NCBI RefSeq assembly: GCF_006345805.1
Contig: NC_043015.1
Location: forward strand, 28,582,001-28,646,000
From: Octopus sinensis
Taxonomy: Eukaryota
Reading direction: 5' to 3'
DNA: 64,000 nt
Below are positions 61,301 to 64,000 of this stretch, one piece after another. The notes under the pieces are model-generated. The model was not told the origin of the DNA. It ran no database searches and saw only the letters and a list, made by a program, of their open reading frames with translations. Positions within the stretch are counted from its first letter, which is position 1. Each line of letters starts with the position of its first letter. Position numbers and translations under genes: made by a program.

Positions 61301-64000
61301 AAATGAATTTCGCTGCAGCCGTCGGCGGGCGCGACCTCATTAAAATTAAAATGGAAGAAATACAAACCTATTTCGGATTGATCACAGACAAAGATGGTGA
61401 ATCTAGGATAACACCACCAAACGAAATAAAAAATTAAATTAAAGAAAAGACTATTGTCTATAAAGTATACAATGTAGAGAAAAAAAAGATTTGAACACCT
61501 GGAGGAAAGCACCATCGTAAAGTGTCTTGGTGCGACTATGAAAGATATCTAACCAGAGGCAATAAATTCACCACAATAGAAGCCAGGTTCGAGTCAACGG
61601 AACGTGCAAGGGAGTACTTGACTCGAACCTTGCAAAGTGGAAATATTTTATTTTTACCTTTATATCTGGGACGTAGGACGTCCCGGATTAAAATTAAAAA
61701 TGTCCCCCCAGAAGTAGAGGTAGGCTGGATTGTAGCCACACTTCTATACAAGAGGGAGGACAAGATACAATTGATCGAAATTGCAAGAGACAAGCCTACA
61801 ATTCCAGTCTGTTATATATTTTGAATGTTGTTATCACTAGCGATATCAAGATATAACTTTGTATTTTGTATTTTATGTGTAGATGTATATATATAGATGT
61901 ACATGTAATATGTACACATATATACACATATATACATGCACTAGCACTATGACCCGGCAATAATGGGTCATAATGCTAGTAATAAATAAAGATATTTTTT
62001 TCAACTAGCAAGGAAAATCATTAACTAATACTCGCCCGAACTTCTTTTATAATATGGAGCAATATATGCATGAAATAAGTAAATAATTAATGAACACATG
62101 TAAATAATTAATTAAGTAAATAATTAAGTAAATAATTAATGAACCCAAGTGTGATCGTTGCCAGAGCAGCAAACTGCCTTCCGTTCCGGCGGCACGTAAA
62201 AAGCACCCTTTGAGTGTGATTGTTGCCAGCGTTGCCTTACTGGCACATGAAAAAACATTCAAGCAAGGTCGTTACCAGTGCTGCTGGACTGGCACCTGTG
62301 TAGGTGGCACGTAAAAAACACTATTTGAGCATGGCCGTTGCCAGTACCACTTGACTGGCCCTTGTGCCAGTGGCATGTAAGAGTACCCACTACACTCTCG
62401 GAGTGGTTGGCATTAGGAAGGGCATCCAGCTGTAGAAACTTTGGCAGATCAGATTGGAGCCTCGTGCAGCCATCTGGTTCACCAGACCTCAGTCAAATTG
62501 TCCAATCCATGCTAGCATGGAAAGTGGACGTTAAACGATGATGATGATGATTCTTGTTCCACTTATAGACAGAACACTCCAGAATATATATTAATCATTC
62601 TCTCTGTTATTTTGAGAATGCCAACTTTGCTACATTACTAATTCGGCAATTAAGGCAGTGAGCTAGCAGAATCATTAACGTGCCAGGGGAAATGTTTGGT
62701 ATTTCGCCTGTCACTACATTCTGAGTTCTAATTCCACCGAGGTCGACTTTGCATTTCATTCTGTTGGGGGTCAATAAAATAAATACCGGTGGTACACTGG
62801 GGTCAGTGTAATCGACTTGATACCGACTCCTCAAGCTGCACTTGTGGCAAAAATTTGAAATAATTATTAATTAGACAGTGCATTAATTAGACATATGCAT
62901 GGTATTTATATGTATATAGTGTGTTGGCTGTTAACTTTTCAAAAGTTTTGTAACATCAAAATTACAGAATCAATGGAATTCTTCAATCAAGATCCAAGAC
63001 TAAAATCCCTGAGGTTAATATGAGGGCTCAAGAATTTCAAATGTCTATATTTAAAAGAAAAAAGCCAGATGCAATTAACACATACATAGGCACAGGAGTG
63101 GCTGTGTGGTAAGTAGCTTGCTAACCAGCCACATGGTTCCGGGTTCAGTCCCACTGCTGGCATCTTGGGCAAGTGTCTTCTGCTATAGCCCCGGGCCGAC
63201 CAATACCTTGTGAGTGGATTTGGTAGACGGAAACTGAAAGAAGCTTGTCGTATATATGTATATATATGTATATGTATGTATGTGTGTGTGTGTTTGTGTG
63301 TCTGTGTGTTTGTCCCCCTAGCATGGTGTGTTTACGTCCCCGTCACCTAGCAGTTCGGTAAAAGAGACCGATAGAATAAGTACTGGGCTTACAAAGAATA
63401 AGTGCCGGGGTTCGATTTGCTTGACTAAAGGCGGTGCTCCAGCATGGCCGCAGTCAAATGACTGAAACAAGTAAAAGAGTAAAAGAGAGAAAAAAGAGAA
63501 TAATGATTAAATATTTACTGAGATGCTTTATTAATATAAACAGAAATAAAACTTACAAGCATTGATTTCACTTTATTCAATAAGTAAATAACGTTTACAG
63601 GCAACAATAAGTTTATTGTTAAAATAATAAAAGATACGTTCAAGAGTGTAATATTTTTCCGTAAATGTACAACACATACAAATTGATAATGTTGATTAAA
63701 ATTAAAACTTATTTACGTTATTTACAATTGACAAGAATTTGTCCTCATCTTGTTTGTTGTTAACACATTTCAGCTGATATTCTATCTAGCATTCATCAGG
63801 TGTCTTGGGGAAATTTCGAACCTGGGTTCTCATTCCTAAGGTATTTTTCGATGTTGCTGTTGTTGTTATCATCATCATCATCATCATCATCATCATTATT
63901 CAGGCCACTGCCTGGAATTGAACGTGGGCATATGGCGTAGTCGTTAAGAGCACAGGCTACTAATCCCAAGATTCCAAGTTCGATTCCAGGCAGTGACCTA

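Larger units (their letters stand above)
52178..64000. repeat. Higher-order repeat of the A3+B block (20281-32940)
   Basis: 60640-64000 matches 28986-32940 (offset about 31645, then 31031). 52178-60640 matches the A-type unit. Confidence 0.9.

Overview
Eukaryotic, AT-rich, repeat-dense genomic DNA. The SINE, RTE and microsatellite repertoire resembles that of octopus (coleoid cephalopod) genomes as I recall it; this is not verified by a search. The window is a tandem serpin gene cluster built from segmental duplications. Seven minus-strand serpin coding exons are uninterrupted by introns: S1 2468-3631, S2 14736-15899, S3 21250-22406, S4 33938-35094, S5 36510-37663, S7 41885-43048 and S8 54670-55833. 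One inverted, decayed plus-strand copy (S6) lies at 38209-39243. All lack a signal peptide, and the seven minus-strand copies keep the inhibitory hinge EEGTEAAAA. The N-terminal scaffold is nearly invariant, but there are four unrelated reactive-centre-loop (RCL) classes with five distinct P-side sequences. Three further hypervariable patches near beta-sheet C are shuffled between paralogs as a mosaic. Each coding exon has a splice acceptor 16-17 nt upstream of its ATG. A candidate upstream exon with a strong donor occurs in only four units. The duplicated units carry many dateable insertions: a Merlin transposase fossil, a Merlin-like foldback MITE, solo LTRs, Helitrons, a Tc1/mariner MITE, CR1/RTE/CRE LINE fragments, several SINE families, and a tRNA-headed element with a Penelope-type hammerhead-like tail. 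These markers show recombination between units. The 20-31 kb interval has many homopolymer indels that look like uncorrected long-read error. No prokaryotic system, CRISPR array, rRNA or true tRNA gene is supported.
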